The notes under the pieces: generated by a model
The model's input: only the letters and a program-made list of their open reading frames with translations
Database searches by the model: none
Told to the model about the DNA's origin: nothing
Part shown: positions 10,082 through 20,487 of the stretch, one piece after another
Position numbering within the stretch: the first letter of the stretch is position 1
Layout of the letters: every line of letters begins with the position of its first letter
DNA from: an uncultured Gemmatimonadales bacterium
GTDB lineage: Bacteria > Gemmatimonadota > Gemmatimonadetes > Gemmatimonadales > Gemmatimonadaceae
NCBI GenBank assembly: GCA_963851265.1
Contig: CAWKNZ010000006.1
Coordinates: forward strand, 32,001-96,000
Length of the DNA stretch: 64,000 nucleotides
Direction of reading: 5' to 3'
Position numbers and translations under genes: made by a program

Positions 10082-10229
10082 GGGGAAGGGGCGCGGAGGT
10101 GGGGGCGCGACGGGGGGCCGCGCGGCCGTAACCTGCCGGGGCCGGGCCCGCGCGCGGTCACGGCGGGGTATCCGGCCCGTCACGGCCTCACAGCGAGACC
10201 GTGACGGGTTGACGACGTGAGCCGCCGGG

Positions 10230-10835
10230 CACGGCCGGCTGCGTTGATCTGCAGGACGGCGCCGGCGTGCTGCGTGTAGTCGCCGGCGATCGTGAACGTG
10301 TAGCCCTGCATCGCGCCGGCGACACCCGGCGAGAGGGTGCCGCCGTCCAGCACGTGGACGCTGTTCCGGGCGCCCGTCGTCCCCACGCTGGCACCCGGGC
10401 CGCGCAGCGTGCTGCCGCTGCCGACGGTGACGTTGGTCAGCATCCGGTCGCCCGCGGCCAGCGTGAGCGTGCCGGACGTGTTCCCGAAGTACCCGGCGGC
10501 GGCGTACAGATCGACGCGGCTCCAGTCGCTGGGCGACATCCCGGCGAACGCCGTGAGGGCCGGCGTCTCGGTGTTCTGGATGATCTGGTTGATGGTGCCC
10601 GTCGAGAGCTTGCCGCCGATGCCGCCGTTAGGCGCGATCACCTGCGCCGCGCTCGTGCCGCCGCCCTACACGGTCGCGAGGAGGATGGAGGCGTCGGGCC
10701 CGCCCGCCGGGGCGGCGTCGGCCGCCAGCACGCTGGTCGGTATGCCGTAGCTCTGACGCGCCTGGCAGATCTGGCCGTTGCTGGTGAGCGGGCCGCTCGC
10801 GGTCGGGGTGGCGTTGCCGTAGGTCGCGAGCGACG
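10230..10835 (-). pseudogene. Fragment of a large beta-helical surface/autotransporter-passenger-like protein
   Basis: G/T/N/S-rich frame (GGTLSPG, FTIAGDYTQ...VLQIN) with an in-frame TAG at 10666-10668. No signal peptide or barrel domain. Confidence 0.55.
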
Positions 10836-10842
10836 CGGCGAG

Positions 10843-11058
10843 ATGAAGTCTCGCGTGCTCACTCCATCAACAGTTCTCGATAGGAAGTACCTGTCGCGGT
10901 GCGCTATCGAGAAGCTCGGCGGCGTCCTGGCGGGCGCCGTGGACCGCGGTCCCCTCGGGGAGCACGTGGTCTACGCGATCACCGCGCGGGTGTTTGCGGC
11001 CGAGCGCACCGCAGCCGGCATTTCCGGCGCCGAGCGGGATGCCGCGGCGGGCGGTTGA
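10843..11058 (+). pseudogene. Possible C-terminal remnant of a RimJ/RimL-type GNAT
   Basis: SRCAIEKLGG...EHVVYAIT resembles a GNAT C-terminus. No N-terminal part is seen. Confidence 0.35.
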
Positions 11059-11410
11059 CGAGCGCCTAACGCGGTCCCCGACCGCGCCCGTTATGCCGTC
11101 GGTCGGACCGGCGGCCCGGCCCCGGCCGCGACCCGGCCCACGCACCCCGCGGCCACTACTTCGCGCGAGGCACTTCCGCGCCGGGGCGCACCGCTCCGCG
11201 CCACCCGCACGTTGCCCGCGCGTACCCAAGGAGCCATGCGCATCATCGCGCTCGCATTGTGCCCCGGCAGCACCGCGCACGCCATGCTGGCGGCCGGCGC
11301 GCGGCCGCCCTCGCCCTGGGTCCAGGCGCGCTTGCGGCCGCCGCGCGCGCCGCGCATGTTGGCGCTCCCCGTCGTCCCGCGTCTCCTACGTCGCCCACCG
11401 CCCAGACTCC

Positions 11411-11815
11411 ATGACGAGCGCCACCCTCCCCGCCCCGACCATCGACCGCCTGCGCGCGGGCACCGCCGAGACGAACCGGCGGTTCGAAGCGGCGCTCGCA
11501 GCCGGCGACGCGGCCCGGGCTGCCCGCGAGGTCTACACGGCCGACGCGCGCGTGATGCCGCCCGGCGCCACGACGGTCATCGGCCGGGACGCGGCCGAAC
11601 AGTTCTGGACCGGCGCCGCGGCGCAGCTGGGCGTCACGCGCGTGGCGCTCGAGACCGTGGAGCTGCAGCCGCTCGGGGACGGCGCGTACGAGGTGGGCCG
11701 CGCGGTGCTCACCGTCGGCGGCGGGCAGCAGGTCGTCGCCAAGTACGTCGTGCTCTGGCGCGAGGAAGACGGGCGTTGGCGGTGGCACGTCGACATCTGG
11801 AATCTCGAGCCCTAG
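11411..11815 (+). CDS. DUF4440/YybH family NTF2-like protein
   Basis: YTADARVMPPG, AYEVG, KYVVLWREEDGRWRWHVDIWN. Confidence 0.88.
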   Translation: MTSATLPAPTIDRLRAGTAETNRRFEAALAAGDAARAAREVYTADARVMPPGATTVIGRDAAEQFWTGAAAQLGVTRVALETVELQPLGDGAYEVGRAVLTVGGGQQVVAKYVVLWREEDGRWRWHVDIWNLEP

Positions 11816-11898
11816 CCGGCCGAGGCGCCGCCGCCTAACGGCCACCCGCGGCGTCCACGCCGGCCCGCGACTCGGCCGCGCCGTGGCGGCCCCGCGCG

Positions 11899-14193
11899 CT
11901 ACCGCCCCGTCGCGGCGCGGAGGATCAGCGTGGCGACGTCGCTCAGCCGGTACTCGCCCTTCTCGAGCACGCGTTCGGCCGTGCGCGCCAGGTAGTCGCG
12001 CTCCGCGGGGGTGAGCGTCTTCGTGGTGAGCACGATGACCGGCACGCCACGCAGCCGCACGTCCGCGCGCATGGCGGCCAGCACGCCGAAACCGTCGAGC
12101 ACGGGCATCATCAGGTCGATCACGGCCACGTCGGGGCGCCGCTTCCGCATGGCCGCGAGCCCCGCCTCGCCGTGCTCGGCTTCCCGCACCCTGGCGCCCG
12201 CGTTCCGGAGTACCTGCGCGGTGATCCGGCGCGCGTCGGCGTCATCATCCACGACCAGCACGTCGGGCGCGGGGGCCGGCCCGCTCGCCGGGGGGCGACC
12301 CGCACCCGCTGTGCCGGCCACGGCGCGCGCCACCGCCCGGGCGAGGTGGGCGGCGTCGCGCGTGTCGTGCGTGTCGTCCGGCGCCGCATCGTCGCGCGAT
12401 CCAACGCGCGTGACGTCCGGTGCGGGCGGCGGCTGAAGTTTCGAGGCGAATGCGACCACGCCGAGGTCGAGCGCCGCCGCGGCGCCGCGGGCCGCCTTGG
12501 GGAACGCCGCAGGGGTCGCAGCCGGCAGGATCAGCAGCGGAACGTCGTCGAGCCCGTGGCCCTCGCGTAGCGCGTGCGCCACCTGCCACCCAATGCCGCC
12601 CGCCGCGCTCACGTCGAGGGCGATGAGCGCCGCGTGCTCGTCGCGCGCGAGGGCGACCACCTCGGCCGGGTCGTGCGCCTGCACGAGGCGCACGTCGGGG
12701 TAGAGCGTGCGCGCGAGGTACGCCACCGTGCCCTCGTCCGGGCCGAACACGACGACCGTGGTCGCCTCGGCCGTCGGATCTACGCCGTACGGGTCGAACG
12801 CGTCGGCGGCTCGCGCAGCCCCCGAGACGCCCGTCGCGTGTGCGGACGCCCCGCCTGCGCTGTCGGCCACCCGCGGGCCGTTTGCCGGCGTTCCCGCCAC
12901 CGGAAGCCAGAGCGTGAACGTGGAGCCGCGGCCGGTCTCGCTCGTCACCGTGAGGTCGCCGCCCATGAGCCGCGCCAGGCGCCGGCTGATCGCCAGCCCG
13001 AGCCCCGCGCCCCCGTGCCGGCGCGTCAGCCGCGGGTCGACCTGGAAGAACTCGTCGAACACGAACGCGAGCTGGTCGGCCGCGATCCCGATGCCCGTGT
13101 CCTCGACCGCGAACTCGACGCGCTCCGCCCCCTCGGTCGACGTCGTCGTCACCCGCAACCTGATCGCACCCGCGTCGGTGAACTTGACCGCGTTCGCAAC
13201 GAGGTTGAGCAGGATCTGCCGCAGGCGCCGCCGGTCGGCCTGTACCGCCGGGGCTGTACGCTCCGCGGGGCCGCCGGTCGGTGCCGCCAGTTCGAGCACG
13301 AGCCCCTTCTGTTGCGCCTGGCCCTCGAGCAGCGCCGCGACCTCCTCCGTGATCGGAAGCGGGTCGACGTCGGTGAGCTCGACCTCCAGGTGCCCGAACT
13401 CGGCGCGCGTCAGGTCGAGCACGTCGTTGACGAGGTCCAGCAGCGTGCGCCCGGTCTGCCGGATGCGCTCGACGTACGTGGCCTGGCCGCCGGTGAGCGC
13501 GCCCTCGAGGCCGAGGTCGAGCAGGTCGGCGTAGCCGAGCACCGCGTTGATCGGCGTACGCATCTCGTGGCTCACCGTCGCCATGAAACGGTCGCGCGCC
13601 TGCGTGGCGTCCGCGAGGGCGAGCGCCTGGTCCTGCAGGGCGTCGCGCGCGCGCTCCAGGTCGGCCGTGCGACGCACGAGCGCCTGCTCGGCCTGCACGC
13701 GCCCGGTGATGTCGTTCTGCACGCCCACGAAGTGCGTGACCCGCCCGCGCGCGTCACGGATCGGCGCCATCCGCAGCTCGTTCCAGAAGAGCGTGCCGTC
13801 CCTGCGATAGTTGCGTAATGTTACGAATGCCTCGCGCTCGGCGCGCACGGCGTCGCGGAGCACGCCCACCTCGGGCTGGTCGCGGTCCGTGCCCTGGAGG
13901 AAGCGGCAGTTGCGGCCGACCGCGTCCTCGACGGTGTAGCCCGTCAGACGCGTGAACGCCGGGTTGATGGCGATGATCGGGTTATCGGGCCGGCCGCAGT
14001 CGGTGAGGATCATCGCGTCCTGCGCCGCGCCCACCGCGCCGTCGAGCAGGCGGAAGCGGTCCGCGAGCCGCGCGGGCAGCTCTCCGGCCATCCAGCTTTC
14101 GCGATCCCCCGTCCCCTCTACGCCGCCGTCAGCGTCCGCACTCTGACGCGCCGTCCCGTTCCCGTGTCGCCGTGCCGTCGTACCGTCCGTCAT
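11899..14193 (-). CDS. LOV-domain blue-light sensor hybrid histidine kinase (LOV-HisKA-HATPase-pseudoREC-REC)
   Basis: LOV signature GRNCRFLQG and NYRRDG..FWN. Kinase boxes SHEMRTP, NLVANAVKFT, DTGIG, GAGLGL. Terminal REC with VVDDD and IDLMMP. Alternative start at 14091. Confidence 0.93.
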   Translation of the reverse strand: MTDGTTARRHGNGTARQSADADGGVEGTGDRESWMAGELPARLADRFRLLDGAVGAAQDAMILTDCGRPDNPIIAINPAFTRLTGYTVEDAVGRNCRFLQGTDRDQPEVGVLRDAVRAEREAFVTLRNYRRDGTLFWNELRMAPIRDARGRVTHFVGVQNDITGRVQAEQALVRRTADLERARDALQDQALALADATQARDRFMATVSHEMRTPINAVLGYADLLDLGLEGALTGGQATYVERIRQTGRTLLDLVNDVLDLTRAEFGHLEVELTDVDPLPITEEVAALLEGQAQQKGLVLELAAPTGGPAERTAPAVQADRRRLRQILLNLVANAVKFTDAGAIRLRVTTTSTEGAERVEFAVEDTGIGIAADQLAFVFDEFFQVDPRLTRRHGGAGLGLAISRRLARLMGGDLTVTSETGRGSTFTLWLPVAGTPANGPRVADSAGGASAHATGVSGAARAADAFDPYGVDPTAEATTVVVFGPDEGTVAYLARTLYPDVRLVQAHDPAEVVALARDEHAALIALDVSAAGGIGWQVAHALREGHGLDDVPLLILPAATPAAFPKAARGAAAALDLGVVAFASKLQPPPAPDVTRVGSRDDAAPDDTHDTRDAAHLARAVARAVAGTAGAGRPPASGPAPAPDVLVVDDDADARRITAQVLRNAGARVREAEHGEAGLAAMRKRRPDVAVIDLMMPVLDGFGVLAAMRADVRLRGVPVIVLTTKTLTPAERDYLARTAERVLEKGEYRLSDVATLILRAATGR

Positions 14194-14376
14194 CCGCCGT
14201 CCCTGGTTCCCATCGCCCCCACCGCTTTACCGCCGAGTTCGCGCGAAAACTATGATCGCACCTGCCGCGGTGCGACCGGACCGGATACGACGGCCCGCGG
14301 GCTTGCCGTGTCACTCGCAGCGCGGCCGGCGCGCGACCGCTCCGTGTGGACGACGCGGACGACCCGCGCCGCCCGA

Positions 14377-15588
14377 TCAGGCGGCCGGCTTGAGCTCCAC
14401 CTTGATCCACCCCGGCCGCCGGTCGTTGAACGCCTGGTAGGCGCTCAGCACGTCGGTCATCGGCTCGACCTGCGTGAGGATCTGCCGTGGGTCGACCACG
14501 CCGCTCTCGACCAGCTCGACGAGGTGCGGGAGGTACTTGCGGTGATTGCAGTTCCCCATCTGCAGCGTGAGGTTCTTGTTCATCGCCTGGCCGATCGGGA
14601 AGAACTCGTGCTGCTCCGGGTACACGCCGATGATCGAGAGCGTGCCGGCCTTGGCGAGCGACTCGACCGCCCAACGAAGCACCTGGGACGGCGCGTCGCC
14701 CGGGGCGTAGCCGGTCTTCGGTTTCGCGTCGGGCGCGACCTGCTCGACCTCGCGCTGGAACTCCTTCTCCTGGCTCGCCGCCTGCTTCGCCGCCGGCCCG
14801 TGGTGTGGGTGCACGGCGTCGACGCCGACCGCGTCGATCGCCCGGTCGGGGCCCGCGCCGCCGGTCAGCTCCTTGATCGCCTCGAGCGGGTCCTCCTCGT
14901 CGAAGTTGATCACCTCGGCGCCTTGCGCCCGCGCCATCGCGAGTCGCGACGGGTTGGCGTCGACGGCGAGCACGCGCCCCGCACCGAACAGCTGGGCGCT
15001 CTTGATCGCGAACTGCCCCACCGGCCCGCACCCGAACACCACGACGATGTCGCCGTGCTCGATTTCGGCGAGGTCGGCCCCGAAGTAGCCGGTCGGGAAG
15101 ATGTCGGACAGCAGGATCGCCTGATCGTCGGTGACGCTCCGCGGCAGCTTGACGAGGTTGACGTGCGCGAACGGCACGCGCGCGTACTCCGCCTGCAGCC
15201 CCTGCAGCGGCCCGCTCGGCTTGGGACCGCCGAAGAACGCGGTGCCTGCCGTGGGGCCGTTCGGGTTGGCGTTGTCACACTGCGCGTAGTAGCCGGCGCG
15301 ACAGTACGCGCAGTACCCGCAGCCGATCGTGGACGGCACGACCACGCGGTCGCCCACGCTCAGGTTGCGCACGTTCTTCCCCACCTCCTCGACGACGCCC
15401 ACGGCTTCGTGACCGAGGATCGTCCCCTTCTCCATGCCCGAGAAGGTGCCGCGGACGAAGTGCAGGTCGGTGCCGCAGATGGCGCTCGCCGTGATGCGCA
15501 CGATCGCGTCGGTGGGCTCCTCGATCTTGGGCTCGCGCACGTCGTCGAGGCGGATGTCGCCTACGCCGTGCCAGACAACGGCTTTCAT
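14377..15588 (-). CDS. Zinc-dependent alcohol dehydrogenase (formaldehyde-dehydrogenase-like MDR)
   Basis: CGTDLH, GHEAVG, CGYCAYC...C, LSDIFPTG, GCGPVG. Confidence 0.92.
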   Translation of the reverse strand: MKAVVWHGVGDIRLDDVREPKIEEPTDAIVRITASAICGTDLHFVRGTFSGMEKGTILGHEAVGVVEEVGKNVRNLSVGDRVVVPSTIGCGYCAYCRAGYYAQCDNANPNGPTAGTAFFGGPKPSGPLQGLQAEYARVPFAHVNLVKLPRSVTDDQAILLSDIFPTGYFGADLAEIEHGDIVVVFGCGPVGQFAIKSAQLFGAGRVLAVDANPSRLAMARAQGAEVINFDEEDPLEAIKELTGGAGPDRAIDAVGVDAVHPHHGPAAKQAASQEKEFQREVEQVAPDAKPKTGYAPGDAPSQVLRWAVESLAKAGTLSIIGVYPEQHEFFPIGQAMNKNLTLQMGNCNHRKYLPHLVELVESGVVDPRQILTQVEPMTDVLSAYQAFNDRRPGWIKVELKPAA

Positions 15589-15814
15589 GATGCGGGTCGG
15601 GTTGGAGACAGGTCGTCGAGAACGGCCCGCCCCGCAGCAAGTGGTCGGCCACGCACGACCGGGACGGCGGAACGGTTCGGGGCGAATCGCGCGATTGCAC
15701 CACGGCGCTCGGTGTCCGGGGAAGCGGGACGGCGTGGGCACCGATTCTGCCCCGGGCGCGGCCGCGCGGGCGTCTGCCACGCGTTCAGACCAATCCTCAC
15801 TCAGCGTTTCACCC

Positions 15815-16933
15815 ATGACGACCCCAGCGGTCGGCTACGCCGCGAAGAGCAAGCGGTCCGACCTCAAGCCCCTCGCCTTCGCGCGCCGCGACGTAGGCCC
15901 CAAGGACGTGGCCATCGCCATCGAGTACTGCGGCGTCTGCCACTCCGACATCCACCAGGTGCGAAACGAGTGGGGCAACACGGTGTGGCCGTGCCTGCCC
16001 GGACACGAGATCGTCGGCCGCGTCACCGACGTCGGCACCGAGGTCACCAAGCACAAGCGCGGTGACCTCGTCGCCGTGGGGTGCATGGTCGACTCCTGCC
16101 GGGAGTGCGGGCCGTGCCGGGCCGGCATCGAGCAGTACTGCGAGGGGCCGCACTCGTGGACGGCCACGTACAATGGGCCGATGAAGCCGGACGGCACCAA
16201 CACCTTCGGCGGCTACTCCGACCGCGTGGTCGTGACCGAGGATTTCGTGCTGCGCGTGCCGGACTCGCTGACGACGGTCGGGAACGCGGGCCTCGCCTCG
16301 GTGGCGCCGCTGCTCTGTTCCGCCGTCACGACGTACTCGCCGCTCCGGCACTGGAAGGTGGGCCCGGGGCAGAGGGTGGGGATCGTCGGGCTCGGCGGAC
16401 TCGGGCACGTCGCCGTCAAGCTCGCCAGGGCGTTAGGCGCCGAGGTCGTCGTGTTCACGACCTCCAAGAAGCGGAAGGAGGCCGACGCGCGGCGCTTCGG
16501 CGCCTCGGACGTGGTCGACAGCACGGACAAGAAGGCGATGCAGGCGCACGCGTCGTCGTTGGATTTCGTGCTCAGCACGATCCCCGAAGCGCACGACGTG
16601 AATCCGTACGTTCAGTTGCTCAAGCTCGACGGCACCATCACGCTGGTCGGCGTGCTCACGGCGCTCGAGAAGGGTACGGACAACCAGCAGGTCGCCTTCC
16701 ACCGCCGCAGCGTGGCCGGCTCGCTCATCGGCGGCATCGCCGAGACGCAGGAGGTGCTCGAGTTCTGCGCGCAGCACGGCATCGCCTCCGAGGTCGAGGT
16801 GATCCCGATCCAGGAGATCAACGACGCGTACGACAAGGTGGTCGACGGCAAGGTCCGCTATCGCTACGTCATCGACATGGCGACGCTGGCCGACGCGCGC
16901 GCCGAGGCCAAGGGGGACGGCCAGGTCGCCTGA
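15815..16933 (+). CDS. NAD(P)-dependent alcohol dehydrogenase (cinnamyl-ADH/YahK-like)
   Basis: CGVCHSD, GHEIVG, CRECGPC, GLGGLGH, VRYRYVID. Confidence 0.92.
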   Translation: MTTPAVGYAAKSKRSDLKPLAFARRDVGPKDVAIAIEYCGVCHSDIHQVRNEWGNTVWPCLPGHEIVGRVTDVGTEVTKHKRGDLVAVGCMVDSCRECGPCRAGIEQYCEGPHSWTATYNGPMKPDGTNTFGGYSDRVVVTEDFVLRVPDSLTTVGNAGLASVAPLLCSAVTTYSPLRHWKVGPGQRVGIVGLGGLGHVAVKLARALGAEVVVFTTSKKRKEADARRFGASDVVDSTDKKAMQAHASSLDFVLSTIPEAHDVNPYVQLLKLDGTITLVGVLTALEKGTDNQQVAFHRRSVAGSLIGGIAETQEVLEFCAQHGIASEVEVIPIQEINDAYDKVVDGKVRYRYVIDMATLADARAEAKGDGQVA

Positions 16934-16980
16934 CGCGCCGGAAGACACACACGCTCCGGGACCGGGTCGCCGCGCTTCAG

Positions 16981-17024
16981 GCGCCGTCGCTCACGCGCCG
17001 TCGCTCACGCGCCGTCGCTCACGC
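16981..17024. repeat. 14-bp tandem repeat x3 (GCGCCGTCGCTCAC)
   Basis: Three exact copies. The last contains the stop codon of the RibD-like gene. Confidence 0.9.
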
Positions 17025-17807
17025 ACCACCGTGCTCGACGCGGTAGCGCAGCCAGAGCACGTCGTCTGCGCGGCGCTCCACCCCGTCGAGCACGAGCCGC
17101 CGCGGCGGACCGCCCACCGCCGCGGCGTCGAAGAGGGTCGGCGTTCCGGCGCGGCCGTCCGCCACGGGCGCGACGAGCACGCTGATCTCGTCGACGAGCC
17201 CCGCGCGGAGCATCGAGCCGTTGATCCCTCCGCCCCCCTCGAGCATGAGCGCGCGCACGCCGAACCGCCCGCCGATCCGGTCGAGCGCGACGGCCAGGTC
17301 GACATCGTCGCGCCCTGCGAGGATGTAGGACACGCCGTGCGCGCGCAACTCGGCGAGGTAATCGTCCGACACGCGCTCCGAGAGGATCGCCACGAGGTGG
17401 TCGCCGGCGAGGTCGCCCGACTCCCATCGTAGCCGCCCACGCGGGTCCACCGCGAAGGCGAACGAGCCGTGCTCGCCGGGCGCGACGAAGTCCTCGCGCG
17501 GCGCGCCCTCGTACTCGCGCGCCAGCTCGACGTCGGCACGGACGCCCGCCGCGAAGTGCCGCTCCATCGTCACGCGGCCGCAGAGCCAGCCGTCCGCCTC
17601 GTACAGCGCGTGCACCTCCTCGTACTGCCGCCGCCCCTCGTCGGAGAGCGGCCAGCCGTCGGTGACGATGCGCCCGTCGATCGACGTGAGCATGTGGCAG
17701 ATGACGCGCGGGCGCGCGCTCCGCGACGCGGCTTCACCGGTGCCGATCGGGGGGGAGCCCGTTCCGGAGCGGACGTCGCCCGGGCCGTCCGGTACGCGAG
17801 CGTTCAT
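17019..17807 (-). CDS. RibD C-terminal / dihydrofolate reductase family protein
   Basis: [47 protein letters not shown] overlap with the cupin gene. Confidence 0.88.
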   Translation of the reverse strand: MNARVPDGPGDVRSGTGSPPIGTGEAASRSARPRVICHMLTSIDGRIVTDGWPLSDEGRRQYEEVHALYEADGWLCGRVTMERHFAAGVRADVELAREYEGAPREDFVAPGEHGSFAFAVDPRGRLRWESGDLAGDHLVAILSERVSDDYLAELRAHGVSYILAGRDDVDLAVALDRIGGRFGVRALMLEGGGGINGSMLRAGLVDEISVLVAPVADGRAGTPTLFDAAAVGGPPRRLVLDGVERRADDVLWLRYRVEHGGA

Positions 17808-18223
17808 GCGCCGCTCCCGGGCTCGCCGGCCGCCGCGTACTCCGCGTCGCTCACGTGGTCCAACCATTCGACGGCCCTGCCGTCGAGCGCTTCCTGGATG
17901 GCGATGTGCGTCATCGCCGTCCTGGGCGACGCACCGTGCCAGTGCTTCTCCTCGGGCGCGAACCACACGACGTCCCCGGGCCGAATCTCCTCGACCGGTC
18001 CGCCGTCGCACTGCACGCGGCCCGCCCCGGCCGTGACGATCAGCACCTGTCCGAGCGGGTGCGTGTGCCACGCCGTGCGCGCGCCGGGCTCGAACGTGAC
18101 CGCGTTCCCGGCGGCCCGTGCGCCACCCTCGGCGGCGAACAGCGGGTCGATGCGGACGCTGCCCGTGAACCAGTCTGCCGACCCCCTCGCCGAGTCGCGT
18201 GCGCCCGCGTGCGTGATCTTCAT
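17804..18223 (-). CDS. Cupin domain protein
   Basis: [16 protein letters not shown] and PGDVVWF..EKHWHGA. Confidence 0.92.
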   Translation of the reverse strand: MKITHAGARDSARGSADWFTGSVRIDPLFAAEGGARAAGNAVTFEPGARTAWHTHPLGQVLIVTAGAGRVQCDGGPVEEIRPGDVVWFAPEEKHWHGASPRTAMTHIAIQEALDGRAVEWLDHVSDAEYAAAGEPGSGA

Positions 18224-18458
18224 GAACGTGCTCTCCTGGACGATGTGTGGTCGTGGACCGCACGCGCCAACCTACCGCCGCGAGGGGCGAGGAAGGATGC
18301 GACGATTGCTGGCGCGCTCCTGTTTGGCACGGCGGCGGGCGACCGCCGCGGCCGGCCCGGCGCCGGGCACGGGCGGGTGCGGACGCGAGATCACGCCGGG
18401 ACTCACCACGTAGCTTCGCCGTGCGCACCCGACTCACTCACCGTCGCGACCTCGCCAG

Positions 18459-20309
18459 ATGCCACCGCCTCGTCCACCCGCGCCGCGCGTACCGCCGCGC
18501 ATACCGCCGCGCATCGCCCACCGCGTCGTCGCACTCCTGCTCGTGGTGCTCGCGGCGACCGCGCGCCCGCGTCCGGCGGCCGCGCAGTCGTCCGCCGCGC
18601 CCCTGCCCGGCCCCTCGCCCGCGGATCGGCGCGCACGAGGCGCCTCGGCGACCGACGCCCTGCCGAGCCCGCGCGCGTGGGCCGGGGACTCCCTGCAGGC
18701 CGACGTCGACGCGCTCGGGCGCGTGCTCGGCGCGTTCCACCCCGCGCTGGCCGCGTACGAGCCGCGCGCCGCGTTCGACGCGCGACTCGCGGCGCTGCGC
18801 GCGACGTTCGCCGGACCCGTCGCGCCCGCCGACGCCGTGCGACGGTTCGCGCAGTTCGTCACCGCGCTCCGGGACGGGCACACGTTCCTCAACCCCTACA
18901 ACCAGGGCGCGTTCGTCCGCGACACGGTGCTCGGCGGCGCCACGCGTCTGCCGTTCACCGCGCGCGTGCTGGCCGGGGCGTCGCCGCGGGCGGGCGGCCG
19001 GTCCGGGGACGCACTCGTCGTCACGCGCGACCTCACGGGAGACGGCACCGGCACGGGCGCGCTCCCGCCCGGGACCGTGGTGCGCGCCCTCGGCGGCGTC
19101 CCGGTCGCGGCCGTGCTCGACTCGCTCCAGACGGTCTCGCGCGGCGACGGGCACACCGACGCGCTCCGTCGCGCGCGACTCGGCGTGCGCGACGACCAGG
19201 CGGCGGCGCGGTTGAGCGACGCGCCTCTCGACCTGTACTACGCGCGCTTCTACCCGCCGGTCGGCGACGAACTGCCGCTCACGGTCCGCCGCCCCGGCGC
19301 GGCGCGCGACACCGCCGTCACCGTCCGGCTCGTGACGCACGAGGAGCGCCGAACGCGGCTCGCGCGGCAGGACTCGGCGGCGGGCGGGGTGCGCTGGCGC
19401 GCCCGCCGGCTGGACGCGCGCACGGCCGTGATCACCGTCCCGAGCTTCGTGACGTACGGCGACGCCACCGGCACGAACGCGCGCTCGGCGCCTTCGCCCA
19501 CGCGCTGGCTCGACTCGGCGCTCGCGGCACTTCACGCCGACGGGGTCGACCGGCTCGTGGTAGACGTGCGCGGCAACGTGGGCGGCAGCACCGACCTCGC
19601 CTACGCGCTCGCGCGGCGCCTCACCGCGCGGTGGGTCCGCGACGGCGCGGTCGGCGACGGCGCGCTCCCGAAGGGGCCCTCCGAGGGCCGGGTTCTCCCC
19701 TGCGACGCGATCGAGCGCGTGCTCGTCGCGTCGCCGACCCCCGATACGGTGGCGGCGCGGTTCGCCTCGTCGTGGCGTGACGAGTGGAAGCGGCCGCTCC
19801 GTCCCGGAACGTGGCGCCGAGCCGCGGACGGCCGCGCCGAGCTCGTGCCCGACGCGGAGGGCGCGTGGCCGGTCTACGGCCGCGCGTGCGAGACCGCCGC
19901 GACGGGAGAGGCGCCGTTCGCGTGGCCCGGGCGCGCGGCCGTGCTGGCCGACGAGGCGAACGCGTCGGCCACGTTCCTCTTCCTCACCCTCGTCCGGCGG
20001 CACGCGCTCGCGCCGATCGTCGGCCGCCCCGCGGGCGGCAACCAGCGGGGGATCAACGGCGGACTGGTGCTGTTCACGCAGCTGCCGTATTCGCGTATCG
20101 AGGTCGACGTTCCCTTCTTCGCGCAGGAGCCGCGCGACGGGCCGCGAGGTGCGGCGGTGCCGGACGCGGCGCTCAGTCCCGACGTCCCGGTCGCCTGGAC
20201 GGCTGCCGACGTGGCGACGGGGCGCGACCCGGACGTGGCCGCGGCGCGCCGACTCCTCGCCGGACCGGAGCCGCGCCGGCGACCGCGCCCGGCCGTCGCG
20301 GTTCGTTAG
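18459..20309 (+). CDS. Secreted S41 family peptidase
   Basis: Signal peptide, LRDGHT, PDZ-like segment, LVVDVRGNVGGS, NASAT, IVGRPAGG, PDVPV. Confidence 0.8.
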   Translation: MPPPRPPAPRVPPRIPPRIAHRVVALLLVVLAATARPRPAAAQSSAAPLPGPSPADRRARGASATDALPSPRAWAGDSLQADVDALGRVLGAFHPALAAYEPRAAFDARLAALRATFAGPVAPADAVRRFAQFVTALRDGHTFLNPYNQGAFVRDTVLGGATRLPFTARVLAGASPRAGGRSGDALVVTRDLTGDGTGTGALPPGTVVRALGGVPVAAVLDSLQTVSRGDGHTDALRRARLGVRDDQAAARLSDAPLDLYYARFYPPVGDELPLTVRRPGAARDTAVTVRLVTHEERRTRLARQDSAAGGVRWRARRLDARTAVITVPSFVTYGDATGTNARSAPSPTRWLDSALAALHADGVDRLVVDVRGNVGGSTDLAYALARRLTARWVRDGAVGDGALPKGPSEGRVLPCDAIERVLVASPTPDTVAARFASSWRDEWKRPLRPGTWRRAADGRAELVPDAEGAWPVYGRACETAATGEAPFAWPGRAAVLADEANASATFLFLTLVRRHALAPIVGRPAGGNQRGINGGLVLFTQLPYSRIEVDVPFFAQEPRDGPRGAAVPDAALSPDVPVAWTAADVATGRDPDVAAARRLLAGPEPRRRPRPAVAVR

Positions 20310-20487
20310 GCGCTGCCCCGTCGAGCCCGCCGTCGGGGGGTGCGGGTATATTGGGGCGGGCACGTTCCCGGCCCGCGGTCGGACGTGCCTGGCTGACGCG
20401 CGACCGGCCGACGCGCCGGGAACAGGACGATCGGGGACAGGACGAGTAGTAACCGACCCGCCGCGGCGGGCGAACGAGAGGGGTCAC

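Noticed and set aside
10666..10668. Amber read-through (pyrrolysine-type recoding)
   Set aside because: The frame is truncated at both ends and no pyl genes are present. A nonsense mutation in a pseudogene is simpler.
11236..11400. Short ORF MRIIALALCPGS after a good AAGGAG RBS
   Set aside because: It may be a gene remnant, but I recognise no family and the frame runs into the shadow of the next gene.
13805..13829. dif (XerCD) site
   Set aside because: Only superficial similarity (tgcgtaatgt). There is no XerD arm (TTATGTTAAAT-like) and it lies inside a CDS.
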